Below, piece by piece: positions 14,425-28,122 of a stretch of 64,000 bases of DNA. Within the stretch, counting starts at the first letter, position 1, and each line of letters opens with the position of its first letter. The translations under genes were made by a program, and so were the position numbers. Location of the stretch: assembly GCF_009914755.1 (NCBI RefSeq), contig NC_060931.1. One strand, 5' to 3'. Below the pieces are notes generated by a model. It was not told where the DNA came from and made no database searches. It saw only the letters and a program-made list of their open reading frames with translations. Source of the DNA: the human T2T-CHM13v2.0 reference genome, Homo sapiens.

Positions 14425-15894
14425 GACCTGACGCAGTGCTCGGGTTCCCCAGGAGAGGCCAAGCCCACTCGGAGCCAGGCTTCAGGGGCACACACCAGGG
14501 AGCACTGAGGGGTGCGGAGGCTGTGGGGAGAGGGTTTCATCACATGGCGGGAAAACCAGTACGAGCAGGCCCCCAGCGCAGCCACGCCCCGGCCCCGCAA
14601 CCCTGGCACCGAGTGACCAGGGAGCTGCCTCCACCCAAGCAGCTGAAGGGTCACACACAGCTCTTTCCGGGTGGGACCACGTGTCCCGGGTGGCTACGTG
14701 TGCTGAGACACGAGCCCCGGGCCCTGGCGCCCTTGGCACCACCGAGGTGCTGCACAGAGGCCTCAGCCGGGCTATTTTTATCCTGAGGTGAGAAGTTGCT
14801 GCCTGTGATCCAACACTCCTGCCAGCCAGGACATGGCAGAAAATGGCTAGGACAGGCAGCCACAGACCCCAGCAGCCACAGGACAGCCGGACTGAGGAGG
14901 ACCAGAGGGCACCAGGCACAGACCCCACACACGGTACAAAGGCTGGAGCTAGGGGAAGGCAGCCCCACCGGTGGTCATGGTCACGGTCACGTGGAAAAGG
15001 ATGGGACGGAAGCTCAGGCCTCCACCTTCCTGGCCAGGTCTCCAAGTGGCTTGTGACACAACGTGAAGAAGCAGGAGGCGGCACACCACAGGGTCCCCAC
15101 AGGGCTAACCAGGCCACAGCCCCAGCACCTGCCCCTGGGTGAGGCTGTACACAGAAGCTCTCCCTGTGGGTGGAGGTCTGAGGATGACTGTGAGCCCAGC
15201 GCTGGCCACAGAGCACACAACAGGCAGTCAGTGCACGGTCAGGGGCTCCACTGCAGCCCCTGATGCAAGGAAGGCTAGGGGGTGGACGCCCAGGCCCTGG
15301 GGGATGCTCTGAGGGTGGCAGCAGGTCCTCCCATGGTGGAGAGGACAGAGCCTGCCCTGGGCTTATTCCTCACGCCCAGCAACGTCAGCTCCTGTGCTGG
15401 GCAGCGGTGCTCTAAGTGTGTGCTGCCGGGGGTGGCACCGGCGTGTCACGGGGAGCCCGGCTCAGCGCAGTTCTGTACTGCACAGACGCCCCGTTCTGGG
15501 AATGGAGCCAGCACCTCGCGATTCCCACTGAGGACCTGTGGCCACACAGCAGAGGCTCCCACAGCCCAGACTCCAGGGTGGTTTCCATAAACCCCTTGGC
15601 CCACTTTTCTTCACTGCATGATTTTTAACAGGTTTTTTTTTTTTTTTTTTTTTTGGCTTTATCTCTGCTTCGTACAGTACAGTCATCTCAAGTTCTTTCA
15701 ATGAGGGAAACATCACCAACACACTCACAAGTATTGGGCCTGGTGAACAACCCGAGGCCCTGAAGATCAGGCTCTCCCCGGCCCTCCTGGAGCCAAACCA
15801 CCCACGGCAGCCAAGTGACAGCACCCGCAGAGCTGCCCGAGCCTCTGGGAGGTCACGGGGAGGAAGGGAAGACGGAAACACCGTGACGGCCACT

Positions 15895-16145
15895 TCTGCC
15901 TAAATCGTTAGGAACTATTTCAGAGTCCCTGCAACCTGAAACGGGGATTCTCCACACACCTCCACACGGCCAGCAGCGCAGTAATCGCTTTTAATTAAAT
16001 AAATCGGAAACACAAATCAGGCCAATGTGTTGAATCAAGGTGGCGTGCACTGCGTATTTATAGCTCTATCCACAGAGGACTCCTGACACATGCTACGGGC
16101 TCCCGCAGCCGCTTTATTAAATGGAATAAATAACACCGTGCAAGA
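15895..16145. promoter_or_regulatory. Candidate conserved non-coding element
   Basis: AT-rich island with 'gtaatcgcttttaattaaataaatc', CCAAT and 'gctttattaaatggaataaataac'; no repeat similarity recognised. Confidence 0.4.
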
Positions 16146-18191
16146 CGGCAAAACTTCACCAGACGGGTCTGGGGTTCTCCCAACTCAACACTGTTTTCCT
16201 GCAACGTCTCTGCTAGAATGAAAACATGGTCCAGATGAGAACAGACTGGTGTCTGGTTTAGCTAACGGGTGGGTGGAAGGGAACCACTCTCAGAGCGATG
16301 CTGCATCCTCCCGCTGGCGACTACCCTGAGCCCACCTGGCGGTCAGGTAGCAGATCCTCACCTGCCCCGAGAGGCGCCTTCCCCAGGGGCATGCGCAGGG
16401 CCGGGCAAGCTTCCAGGGAAGGCTTGCGAGGCCCGAGGTCAGAAGACATAGGAGTGTGAGGGGGGGACAGAGGGGTGAACAGAGGCCAAGGGAGAGGGAA
16501 AGATGGAGACAGGAACTATCAGACATGCGTGCAGAGGACAGAAAGAAAATCAAGAAGGGAAAAGGAGACGGGAAACAGAAAGAAAAGAAAAACCGGGTGG
16601 AGGTAGCAGGGAGAGAGGGAGGCAGGGGGTTCGGGGGGAGCACCTGGGCTCTGTGGGGTCAGGAGCCCTCCCCGGCTGGGGCGATGGCGGCCCCCCACCC
16701 CCCGACCGTGAGGAGAAGAGGAGACGGGCCCTTCACAGAAACCAACAGCCAGAGACACGCGGCATGTGCAGGGTCTCCAGAGCAGCCCCTTGGCCCTCCA
16801 CGGGGGCATCCCTGGCTTGGGCTGGCGTCCCTGCCCCAGGGGCTCCCTGTGCACAGAGGGTGCAGCCACCCTTGCCACACTTCATGTGCAGCCGCGCCCC
16901 AACCTTCCCTGGAGCATAGCACTCCTGCTGGGCCCCCGCCTTCACCTTGCAAACATGCTTAGTTCCCAGAGTTGGGGCCACGTTCTCCCGAACTTGCGCC
17001 ACATCCATGAGGAGGTGGGGAGCCCCCAGCAGATGCTCCCCTGAGGCAGGAACCCAGCCCAGGAGCTGGCGGCACCCCCAGCCTCCCACCCGACTGTCAC
17101 TTCAGGGAAAGGCAGGGCACAGGCTCCGCAGGTGACCTGGTCCCGCTGAGGCAGAAAGGCAGGGACACCTCTCCCAGGCTCCTGGGAGGAAAGAGCTGAC
17201 GCGGAGGTGCCCCCTCTGATGAGGCAAGGCATCAGGTCACGCTGTCATGCAGGATGTGGTGGTGGCTGCTCCACAGACCCCAGAGGGCAGTGGCACCTGC
17301 ACAGGCTCAGGGAACAGCCAGGGGCCTGGAAGACCTCTCTGGAATCTGTGCCAGCAGCCGATACCGTGGCTGTCTCCATCAACACAGACAGGCCAGTGCA
17401 GCGGGGTCCTGGGGGGAGACTGCAGGTGCTGGCCTGCTTCTGGAGGGTACCCAGGGGGATGGGCAGAGGAGGCTGTGAGGGCTCAGGGAGGACCAGCCGT
17501 GTGAACTCCCACAGTGAGGACTAGTCAGTGCTGGTGGAGTCTGACCCTGCTCTAGCCCTGCTGGGCCCAACTCTTCTATGTGCCTAATTCTCCTGAAACC
17601 CCAGGAGACAGACAGGAAGGGGAGTAACCTGCCCCCACACCCCACCATGGGAAGGGAGGGGCAAGGTCCGCAACATACATCCCACTAGCAGGGTGAGGGC
17701 TGAGGCTCCAAGCTGCCCGGCAAGGGGGCAAGCACGGTGCCCAAACAGTGCCAGCATCTGGTCAATGAGTCCTGAGGTCCCTGACAGCCCTGATCGCCTT
17801 AACACACAAAACACCAGAACCCAGGACTCTGGATGTGCCCACGGCCAGGCCCGTGACGAGCCAATCACAGTGCAGAGGGCAAGCACAGGCTGGAGAAATC
17901 GCTCAACGTGGAAAACGCCAGGGACGGCAGAAGGGGTCAGAGACCCTCCCCGCAAATCTCTCTTCATTAATGCTTCACAGGGAGCCAAGGGTGTTGCAAT
18001 GAGATGGCTATTAACGCACTTAGGTTTACGACAGCTCCCAGGTACAGCCGGAGCTAGCCTTTCCCGTGACGACTGAAGGTCAGTGTGCAGCCCTCCGCAG
18101 CAGGCCCTGCACGCACGGGATGGCTAGACACAGAAAGGAAAGCCAGGAGCGGGAGGAAGGAGGATGGACAGAGGGGGCAGGGCATCAGAAG

Positions 18192-18210
18192 AACACACCA
18201 GGGGGCAGTA
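18192..18210 (+). promoter_or_regulatory. CTCF-like motif (aacaCACCAGGGGGCAGTA)
   Basis: Matches the CCACCAGGGGGC core with one mismatch at the first C. Motif only; no binding data. Confidence 0.3.
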
Positions 18211-19004
18211 CCAGTGCCTGAGGGTGGTCTCACACCCAGGGTTCACTCTTGTCAAGCGTGGTGGTGGTTGAGGGCTCACCCATAGGTGGGGACACGGCAT
18301 AGTTCCAGGGCCCTTCGGCGTGGCCTCCATGTGAGCAAGGGGTAGCGAGTGCATGTGGGCCCTGGGCCTGGGGCCTCCTGGGCTGGGACCTGTCATTCTC
18401 GCCAAGTGCCATCCCCAGTGCCTGAGCCTCTGTGCCCACGCCCCCTCTAAACCACTGAACCATCTGCCAAGCAGCTTTCTAGATGTAGTTTGGCGACCTC
18501 CTTCTCCCATCTTCCCTGAACAGCTGCTGGGACGCCCATGCAGCGCAGCTCCCTGAGACCCTCCATTACAATCCTTTCTCCAGAAATTCAGCTCCTCCTA
18601 ACATCCCACATGAATTATGTTTGTTCATTAAATGTCTCCCCTACCCAGCAGCTCGGCTCCAGGGGCCAGAGGCTCTGTCAGACTTTCCCTGGCACACGGC
18701 CCAGCCTGCTGTGTGTGCTCAGCAGCCCGGCTGGAAGGTGGCTGTGGTCACGCCTGTGAGGCTGGCTCTCCATCGGGGGACCCAGGTCATCTTCCAGCTG
18801 GTCACTGGCTGAATGAGGAAAGGACACAGCAGCCTACAACAGGGCAACAGGCCACACCGATGCCATCATCTGCATCTCCATCTCACCGCAGTCTCCACCA
18901 TCAAGGCCCAGCCCAGACACAGTGACCCTTGAGACCAAAGAGCTCACAGAGCTCGGCTGTTCAGCTGTGCTCGCAGACACCACAGGCCCAGGCCCTCTGA
19001 GATG

Positions 19005-19145
19005 TGGCCTGGCGGTGTCACACACCAGCTCGGTGACCTGGGCATGTCCCTTGACGCCCCCAGGCCTGGGTTTCCTCGTGAGCGAAATTCGGATCACAAC
19101 GGCACCCACTCCATAGGATACGGTGACAATGAGACTGAGCAGTCA
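19005..19145 (+). mobile_element. MIR remnant
   Basis: MIR core-like 'gtgacctgggcatgtcccttgac...gcctgggtttcctcgtgagcgaaattcggatcacaac'. Confidence 0.6.
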
Positions 19146-20062
19146 GGTAAAGGGCCAGGCAGAGCAGAATGGTAAGGCACCCGGCGGCGGCGTGTGCCAG
19201 CGAGGCCAGAAGACCCTGGCAGGTATCCCACCACGCCCAGGCGGGGCTGCACTGTGCCCACGGAGAAGTGGTGCAAATCCTGAGAGGAGAACACGGGCCT
19301 TTCAAGCTCCAGGCTGGGAACGGTGTGCTAGGAGCCCCCGGCCCCAGTGTAGATGAGAAGTGTGGATGGGGAGTGTGGACGTGGCCTCCGCCCAGGCCCT
19401 GCGATACCCAGCTCCTTCTTCCCACTGCACAGGTGAGAGCTGCTCAGAGCTAGACAAGGGCACGGAGCGTCACGGTGGCCCATGGGGCAGGGAAAAGGCA
19501 GAAGCCAAGGCTGAGGCCACCTCTCCTGGGAGAACCCTGGAGCCAGGAGAGGGATGCAGCCTGGAGGCTGCAACAAGGAGGAACACCTCTCCCAGTTCCA
19601 CAGGGAGCTGGGCGCCCTGGGCCTCACACCCTGCCCGTCAGGCCCCAGCAGAGCCTCCCCAGCAGCGGGGACTAGAGCCCTGGCAACAACTCTGAGCACC
19701 CGGAGACCAGGTCTCCTTGGCAGATGCCCCTCACAGGGGAAGGACCTTGAGTGCCCCTTTGGCAGGCATCATGAGGCGGTCCTAACCAGTCAAAGGGGCA
19801 CTGTCCCTCTGTCATCCGCTTGCAGGCTGGGACCACCTGAGACACCCTGACAGCGGAGGATGCTGCAGGTGCCATCGTGAGAATTAACGTGGATCCACAT
19901 GCAGAGGAAGCAGCCCGTGGACACCCTCCCTGACAGACACCTGCCAGCCGGGAACTGGGGAGGCGGGGTCCAGACCTCCACCTCCCCGCCGCAGGCTCTG
20001 CCAAGGCCCACCGGGAAGAAGCCCCACCTGGCGACGTGAGCCCCACGCCCGCGGCCCCTCAC

Positions 20063-20203
20063 CTCCATCTCGGCGCTGTGGCTGTGCACCTTCTGCACCA
20101 TATCCTCAGCCTCCCGCATGCGCCGCGTCAGCTGGGGTGAGTACTCGGCCGGGGTCAGCTCGCTGTCGTAGGACCCCAGGATGGCCCGCATACCGTCCCG
20201 CTC
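20063..20203 (-). CDS. MAD1L1: MAD1L1 internal coding exon (probably exon 13), 47 codons: [47 protein letters not shown]
   Basis: Peptide recognised as the human MAD1 coiled coil, including the YSP motif (known phosphosite S428, numbering from memory). On the minus strand the acceptor is ctctgtgtccacAG (plus ctg at 20204-20206) and the donor is GAG|GTgagg (plus ctcac at 20058-20062). 141 bp, phase 0-0, no stop. Confidence 0.97.
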
Positions 20204-21329
20204 CTGTGGACACAGAGGGCAGCTGATCAGGACCCGGGACGGGGGATGAGGTAATGATGGAGACGGCTCAGGGAAGGCCCCACGAGAGCTGGGTCACGCG
20301 GGGGCTCCCTCGTGAGGACCCAGGCCAGCACTCAGAGCCCACCCCTGAGGGCCCACCAAAGTGAAGAGGGCCCCAGAGTTCAGCATCCCCAGACCCAGTA
20401 AATGCCAGCAGCCCTGGCTTTGCCTCGGCACCCGCTCTGACCACGTCAGGCCTTCACTACAGCGGGTGTGGGCTCCACCTCGTACCGGCAGTATGGCTAT
20501 GGGGTCGGCTGGGAGCAGACGCCTCTGCCCCTGTGGACACAGCACACACAAGGCGAGGGCGCACAGTGGGCAGAAGCCCAGGTTCCCCACCCCAGCCTGT
20601 TCTATTGGGTCTGCGTGACTCCTCTGAGTCCCAGTCACACTGGGCCCAGGGAAACGACAGTGGGCAGGCCCAGAGCTGGGTGAGTCCCCCTCTTCCTGGG
20701 ACCTCTGCCCGGACCTGTCGAGGGAGGGGACAGTGTGCACCAGGAAGCTGCTGCGTTCCAATGGGACAGGAAACCCATCGCTCGTCCAACCGCCCAGGGC
20801 TCTCGGGAAGGCTGAGTCCCCGCTTTTCAGCTCTGGGCTGGGGAGCTCCTTGTCTTCCCACAGAGCTCCCAGGATGTCGGAGGCCACACGCAGATCCCTA
20901 CAGAGCAGCCAGGCCCAGCAGGGCTCAGCTTCCTGGGATGACACTGACCACAGTGTCAGGGCTGATTCCTAGAGCCGGGCAGAAACCCCTGCTCAGTTGT
21001 GTCCTGCCAGCCAGTCAGGGGCCCCGGGAGCTGTGTGCTGCCTCCAGACCCTGCGGGTGCCCATGGGTCGGGAACTGAGCTGCCAAGATGGCCCCCAAAA
21101 AGGACGTGCTGCTGCGGGGAAGTGTGGTCTTCCCTCTGGCCTCCCATTGCCTGCACTCCCTGCCCCAGGTGTGGGCCTGAACCACAGCCCCCGGACCCTT
21201 CTGGTCTCAGACGCTGAGTCTGGATGGAGCAGATTCCAGGCGCAGGCTGGCGACCTTCTCCTGCCTGTCCGCCCTGCGTGAGCCCACAGGAACCACATGA
21301 TCAGGGAGCCAGCCCTCCAGACACCCACC

Positions 21330-21450
21330 CAGGTGTGCGGGAGGGCAGCTTCCAGATCTTCACGGGCATCTGGATGCCCTGGACGTAGATTCAGGGTGGG
21401 CCTGGGAATCTGCCCTTCTAACATGTGCCCCAGGGACATCTAACTGATGC
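21330..21450. mobile_element. MER5A-like hAT DNA transposon remnant
   Basis: 'gggtgggcctgggaatctgcccttctaacatgtgccccagg' resembles the MER5A consensus. Confidence 0.5.
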
Positions 21451-21557
21451 TCTCAGCAGCCTCTGCTGAGGGGCTCTGCCCCATTCTTGAGAGATGGAGG
21501 ATGAGGATGCTGGGGTAGTAGAGCCCAGGAAGAAGCGGATGGGTATCTATAAGATGC

Positions 21558-21720
21558 AGGTTCAAGCCCCAGCTCTGTCCTGAGGCCAGCTATTCAACCT
21601 CCCTCCCCAAGTCTCAGTTCCTTTGTTGATAAGATGGGAAATGGGGTGGCCGTGAAGACTGATGCTGTCAGGAATGAACTGTCCAGCCAGCTGCCCTGGA
21701 AACAACAGGTGCTCAAGAAG
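21558..21720 (+). mobile_element. MIR remnant
   Basis: 'ggttcaagccccagctctg...aagtctcagttcctttgttgataagatggg'. Confidence 0.55.
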
Positions 21721-22289
21721 CGAGAGCCAGGACCTCACAAACCCGGGAAACGGTCTCCACTGGCCCACACCCCTTCCCAACACACATGCTGCGCAAGGGG
21801 CCAATGCTCCGGCACAGCCCTGCACCACCTCATTGAGTTGTGGCCAGCGTGCTCCCCACCAGGTGAGGGCAGGAGAGCTGTGGGGACCGCCCCCACCAGT
21901 ACTGGCTGAAAGGGCAAATTCATGGCCCTGATAGAGACCGGCTCACTCAGGCAGCCTGGGGAGCAAGACCCCCACCCAGAAGCGGAGTGCACAAAACTGC
22001 CAGGGTCCCTTCCGTGCGGCCTCCTGAGTCTGCACGTACACAAGCTGAGCCCCCGCCCAGGCCCCGCCTGGCTCCTAGGAGAGACCGACCCAGTGCTCCC
22101 CAGCACTGATGACTGCCTGGCCCCTGCCAGGCCCTCGGTCTATCCCCCACAGGCGAGGAGGGCGAGGCTGCAGGGGCTGAGGAAACCCCGGCCTGCTCTC
22201 TCAGAAGACCCTGGAGCTCAGGCCGCCACGTCTGGGGCTCTCCTGCCGTCTCTTGAGCCAGGGACACAGGTGCCACCCTGGTGTGGACT

Positions 22290-22820
22290 TCATAATTAGC
22301 TGATGACAAAAAATTCAAAATTCAATAAGTGAGAAATTAAAGTTACAAATCCAACTAGAACGGGTCACGTATCTGTGGAAAATTTGTTTGCACCGGAAGG
22401 TTTATCGTGTGTCATAATCTTATTGAAATCCTATATCTTCCCATTGACTTTTATCGTTTCAAGCCAGTTACCGGAGTTGTCAGTACCAACGCGCGGACGC
22501 CGCGCAAGGCCGGGGCGGGGGACTTCCCTTGGTAAACAAGCTGTAATTGTCTCTTTTATTGATCAGTAAATCTCTGAGAGCTTCTCTTCGTGACGGCTCT
22601 CTTCAGCCTAACTCCAGGCTAGCACTGGCTGGCACAGAAGAAAAGCATTAGAAAGTTTGTTGTTTGTACCCTTTCAAGAACCTGTTTTGTCACCGGTAGT
22701 GAAACAGCAGGCACGGTGTGGTTGTGACTTGCTATGACTTTTTAACAGCTGACTCCACCTGCGGGCAAGTCCACTTCATTTCCACCTCAACAAATGCGGT
22801 GATTAACTGCTGAACAAACA
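22290..22820. promoter_or_regulatory. Candidate conserved enhancer island
   Basis: AT-rich unique sequence with CATAATTAG, forkhead GTAAACA (~22532), TAATTG, TGATTAA and a CpG-retaining GC box (cgcgcggacgccgcgc...ggggcggggg). Confidence 0.5.
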
Positions 22821-25800
22821 GGCGGCTGGCAGTGCTGACGGGGGCATCCCAGACTCGCTTTAAGAAGCACCCAGCAGAGTTACATTGTCCACTGGCTGCT
22901 CCTCCTTAGGTACAGAAACGTCCCGGTTCTAAGGAATAGAATGTGCTCATCATGCAACGAACGGCCATGTGAAGAGAAGGTGAGCAGTCGGCATCACCTG
23001 GAAGAAGTCAGCTGAGGACAGGGCCTCGGTGCCCTGGATACACCGGCCGATGGGGGCCGGGGGCAGCAGTAGAGGGCGGCTCTGCCCTGGCCTGCGATAG
23101 TCGGGCAGAGGGGCTGCTCACCCAGGGAGGCTGCAGGAAGGATCTGGGCGCCCTGGGAGGCAGCGGTGGGGAAGGGCACTCCAATCAGAGGGAACAGCGT
23201 TGAGTAGGCGCCCAGAGGACCCTTGCGAAAGAGCAAGAGAGATAATGACGCTCATTCCCTCATCAGCAGGTGCTCCGGCGCGCTAATTACCACGGAGCTT
23301 TTGAGTATAAGCCCCAAGCATGCCGATGATTCCCACGCAATGAGAGACAGATTCCCAAAGAGGCTGAGAACGCCATAGCAGGGGGCAGGACACCTGGGCA
23401 GCAGGGGCTGAGACAGTGGGCAGAATAGGGCCCAGTGCCCTTGGAAGAAGAAACCCAGGGCACAGCCCTTGGGCCTGGGCTTGGGAAGGGCAGGGGAGAT
23501 CAGAGCAGCGAGACCAGGAAGCCGAGACAGAGACCAGGGCTGCGGGTGGTGAGAGCACCCACAGGAGCGGGAGACTGCAGGATGCCGGCCCTGTTGGAGG
23601 TGCTGCGGGCAGGGGAGATATGGACGGAGGCACCGCAGTGGGCAGAGACCGGCCCCGTGGCCCCCAAGCAGCGGTCACTTGAGGTGTGCATGCCCAGGCC
23701 AGCCCCCAAGTCAGACCCAACACACACACCCAACGAAGCCCACATCCTGCCTGGACCGTAACTAGATGTGTGACCTTGGGAAAAACAAAGAGCCTCTCTG
23801 AGTGTGAGGACACTCAACCACACAGGAGAGGGCAGAGAACGCCTCAGCCTCACTGTGAAGTTCAAATGCAGCATGGCACAGAAAACCAGGCACACGGAAC
23901 CCGCATACACAGGCGATGAATGCACGGCAGCCACGGTGGTCACTTCTGTCCTCGCTGCTGTCTGCCTGGTTCTTCCACTATGACTACAGCTGCTCGTGAA
24001 AGATGGCCAGGAGAGCAGGCAGGTGGGGCAGGCGCGTCCCGCACGATGGGGACAGCCTCTGGCCATGGCCACGCCTGGTGAGGCAGGCGCCCAGCACTCC
24101 CTAAGTCCACACCATGGACACAGAGGGCTTCCCTCCTGGGAGTCAGTGGCAGCCTGAAGGGGCTGTGTGAGGCAGGCAGGCAGCTCCATATGCAGAGGCC
24201 CCTCCTTAGAGCCCCAGCACCAACCCCCACTTTCCAGAGAAGCCCAGAAGTAAGCTGAGTACCGCGTGCCCCCTCCAATGAAGCAGCAGCCCCTCACCCA
24301 TCTTCCTCCCTCACCCAGCCTCCGCCACCCACTCCCGCCCGGCCTCTGCCACCAGTGCTGTGGAGCCTGCCTCCCTCCCTCCGCCCCCTCCAGCCCAAGG
24401 CCGAGGCCCACTCTGCAAGGGCTCCAAGGCTGTTCTGCACATGCGACATTCTCTGCAGGGCCTCTTCCCAAGCCCATCCCACCTCAGCTCAGCCACCTCC
24501 ACCCAACTCTGAGTCACTCCACAACTTCTCCTTTTTTTAGAAAAGGAAATGTATGATCATAAATAGCTGAAAAGCCCTGTTCTAATTACCTCTCCCGACG
24601 CATGGAGCCACCACAAGAAACTGAATAGATTCAGGCGGGAACGTGGGGCTGCAGACACGGCTCTGCCCACTGACGCCGGCACCATCTCCTCGCTGCCACC
24701 CGCCTCCCCAGAGTCCTCTGCCCACTCTTTCCCCAGACCCCCAGTCACCAGCCTGGACAGGTCTGCTGTGACCCCAGCAGCAAGATCGCCCCAGACAGGA
24801 GAAGGCCCTGCTGGGACAGAGGCTGGGAGAGGCAGGAGGCCTCTCTCTGGAACCCTCATCCCAGCTGGTCGTTTCCCAAATGAGCAGGACTCTGGCATCC
24901 GTGGGGCCCATCGAGAACATGATGACAGGCGAAAGCGGCAGTAATAAGCGCCTCGGAGGACCCACGCGGGTCAGACAGTCCTGCGCTCCAATCTGACACA
25001 GACCAGCTGTGCACCCTTGGGCAAGGGACCTAACGTCTCTGAACCCACCCTCCTTGTGCAAAACGGGGGCACGAATGCCCCAAAGAGTGCTTAAAAGGTG
25101 CACCAGGATTAATAAGTACATGGAGACAGCACCCGTCAATGGAAAGGGCAGCAAGGAGGGCCACTTACGGCCACAGGGGTTGGGGGTGGGGGTCGGGCTG
25201 CCCGGCCCAGCCCCAGCCACCCCCCACACAAGGCCACGCCTCGCCACCCTCCACCCACGCAAGGCCACGCCTCACCACCCCCAACGCAAGGCCACGCCTC
25301 GCCACGCCACAGTGCTGAGTGCACATGAGGCGGCGTCCCTGTGCTCGGCCCACGCCTGCTCCTGGGCCGGATGCCCTGGCCCCCACAACCAACTACAGAA
25401 CGCTTCGCCTCCTGTCTGTCCCTCGCTTCTCTTTCCTGGGCCTGCTGCCCCTAAACGAGGTTTTTTTTTTTGACAACTGACTGTTTTCAAGTATGATTCA
25501 CTCAGGCAGATTTTAATTGGTGACATCAGCACAGCATGCTAATGCTACATATGACTTAAGCACACGTTACCTCATTTGATCTTCAGAACCGCCAGGCAGG
25601 CACAGGGCTGAGGGAAGAGGACTCAGCAGCTGCGAGCTGTTGTGGCTGCCCTGTCGCTCAGACCACGGAGGGGCAGAGCCCCGGCTGGTGCTGCAAACAG
25701 AGGAGCCGCCCAGGCTGCGGCCCTACAGTCCCGGGGTCAGCGCCCAGCCCGGGGAGGCAGTGCCATGGACAGCCTCACTGGTGAGACCACTGGAAGTGGC

Positions 25801-26319
25801 TCTCCATGATCGGGGGGGGCACTAACCCCCGCTCTGGGCTGCCGGAAGGAGGAACTCACGAGGCCCGAGATCGCTATCCACAGCCCCAGCGTGACCCCAG
25901 CATTCCCATCAAGGCGTGCACCCGGCCCCGGCACCATGCGGCCCCCACCCTTGCCTTCCTGCGGCTCTGACCCTGCAGTTCCCAGCAGCCTTCAGAGGAC
26001 GGAACGCCATGGGCACACGGCAGCTGTGAGACCGAGCCGCAGGGGGACGCCCGGCCCTGACATCATGGGAACAAGCTAGAGCAGAACACCATGAGGACCC
26101 CGCCTCTGTGAGAGCAAAGCCAGCTCCCTGGGTCCTCTCTCACCTGCCCGGGCTGCCCTGGTACCCGGAGTCTAGGGGCCTCCTGGGAGGGAGGCTGACC
26201 CGGTGGCTGTGGGCAGAGACGAAGGAAAACATCGGACGGACTTCAGGCACTAGTTAAAAACACACACAAGACAGGAGAAACTTCATCTGAGACGACAGCG
26301 GCCTAAGCAAAAAGAATAC

Positions 26320-26385
26320 TTTTTTTTTTTTTTAAGACAAGGTCTTGCTCTGTCGTCTAGGCTACGGTGCAGTGGCACAATCTCA
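26320..26385 (-). mobile_element. Severely 5'-truncated Alu (about 50 bp plus tail)
   Basis: Poly-T, then 'agacaaggtcttgctctgtcgtctaggct...tgcagtggcacaatctc'; flanked by aagaat repeats. Confidence 0.8.
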
Positions 26386-27037
26386 AGAATGAATAACTTA
26401 GAAGAAAATGTATTAATTTAATGGTTAGAGTAGAAAGGCTAAAACTGAAAGTAGCAAGCTAACTAACCAACATAAAAAATGAAAAAAAACAAAACAACAT
26501 ATGCAGAAAGTATAGGAATAAAAATAAAGATGAGAGCATAAATGAGCAAATGTAAAAACAGGTCCACAGAAACTTCCCGTACTAAAATGCACTGAGGAAA
26601 AAGCAATGAAAACAAAAGAAGAGGCGACCTAAGAACAGTGGGATGACCGTGAAGGTGGAACCTACTCATGACAGGAAAACCAGAAGGAGAAGGAGGCGAG
26701 GAGCGAACACAGTAAGTATCTGCCGTGATAATGGCCGAGATTTGTCAAATCTAAACCCCAGATCCAGGAAGCTCAGAGAACATCAAGCAGGAAAAATACC
26801 AAAAACTCCACACTTAGCCATATCATATTCAACTGTGGAAAATAAGACAGCCTGAGAAGGGAGAGCCCTTCATTATCAACCAAGAGAGTGAGAAATGCAT
26901 CAGACCTCCTGACCGAAGCCACTCAGGCAGCAGAGAGGGGAGGGAGGTATCCAAGTACTGAAACAAAACAGCACCAGCCTGGAATTCTGCATCCAGCAAG
27001 ATGATCTTCTGTAAGAAAAGCAGAAAGAAAAACTCTC

Positions 27038-27350
<313 letters not shown>

Positions 27351-27486
27351 TTAGACAAACGAAAACTGGGGGAGATTGGTCATTGGCAGCCCTGGCCCCT
27401 GTAAGCAGTGTGAGGTGGATTCTCCAGAGAATCCCATGAGAGGTCAGAAACTCAGATCTATGTGGAAAGACAGAGCAGAGAAGTAA

Positions 27487-27676
<190 letters not shown>

Positions 27677-27877
27677 TTACTTTCCTTAGTCTCGTTCATC
27701 TAATGGACGATTGTTTGAAGTATAGGAGCAGCAATGTGTGGGGTGACGATGGTGCAGGGATGGGTGAAATGAAGCAGCAGGTGGCACGGGAGGCAAGGGG
27801 AATGGGCGTGTTCTGCGGGAGGCGCCCACCCTGCCTGTGACCTGGTCAAAGGCCATCTGACCATGGGCTTAGATTCA

Positions 27878-28122
<245 letters not shown>

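Noticed and set aside
19790-20062. ORF extension beyond ...SAEME (VRGRGRG...)
   Set aside because: Read-through past the GT donor into intron; MAD1 similarity resumes at 7613.
23500-24477. 325 aa minus-strand ORF
   Set aside because: Gly/Trp/Cys/Pro-rich composition typical of random GC-rich DNA; overlaps a MIR-like fragment; not MAD1 sequence.
25757-25776. REST/RE1-like site gcagtgccatggacagcctc
   Set aside because: The right half matches, but two conserved left-half bases (CAGCACC) are mismatched.
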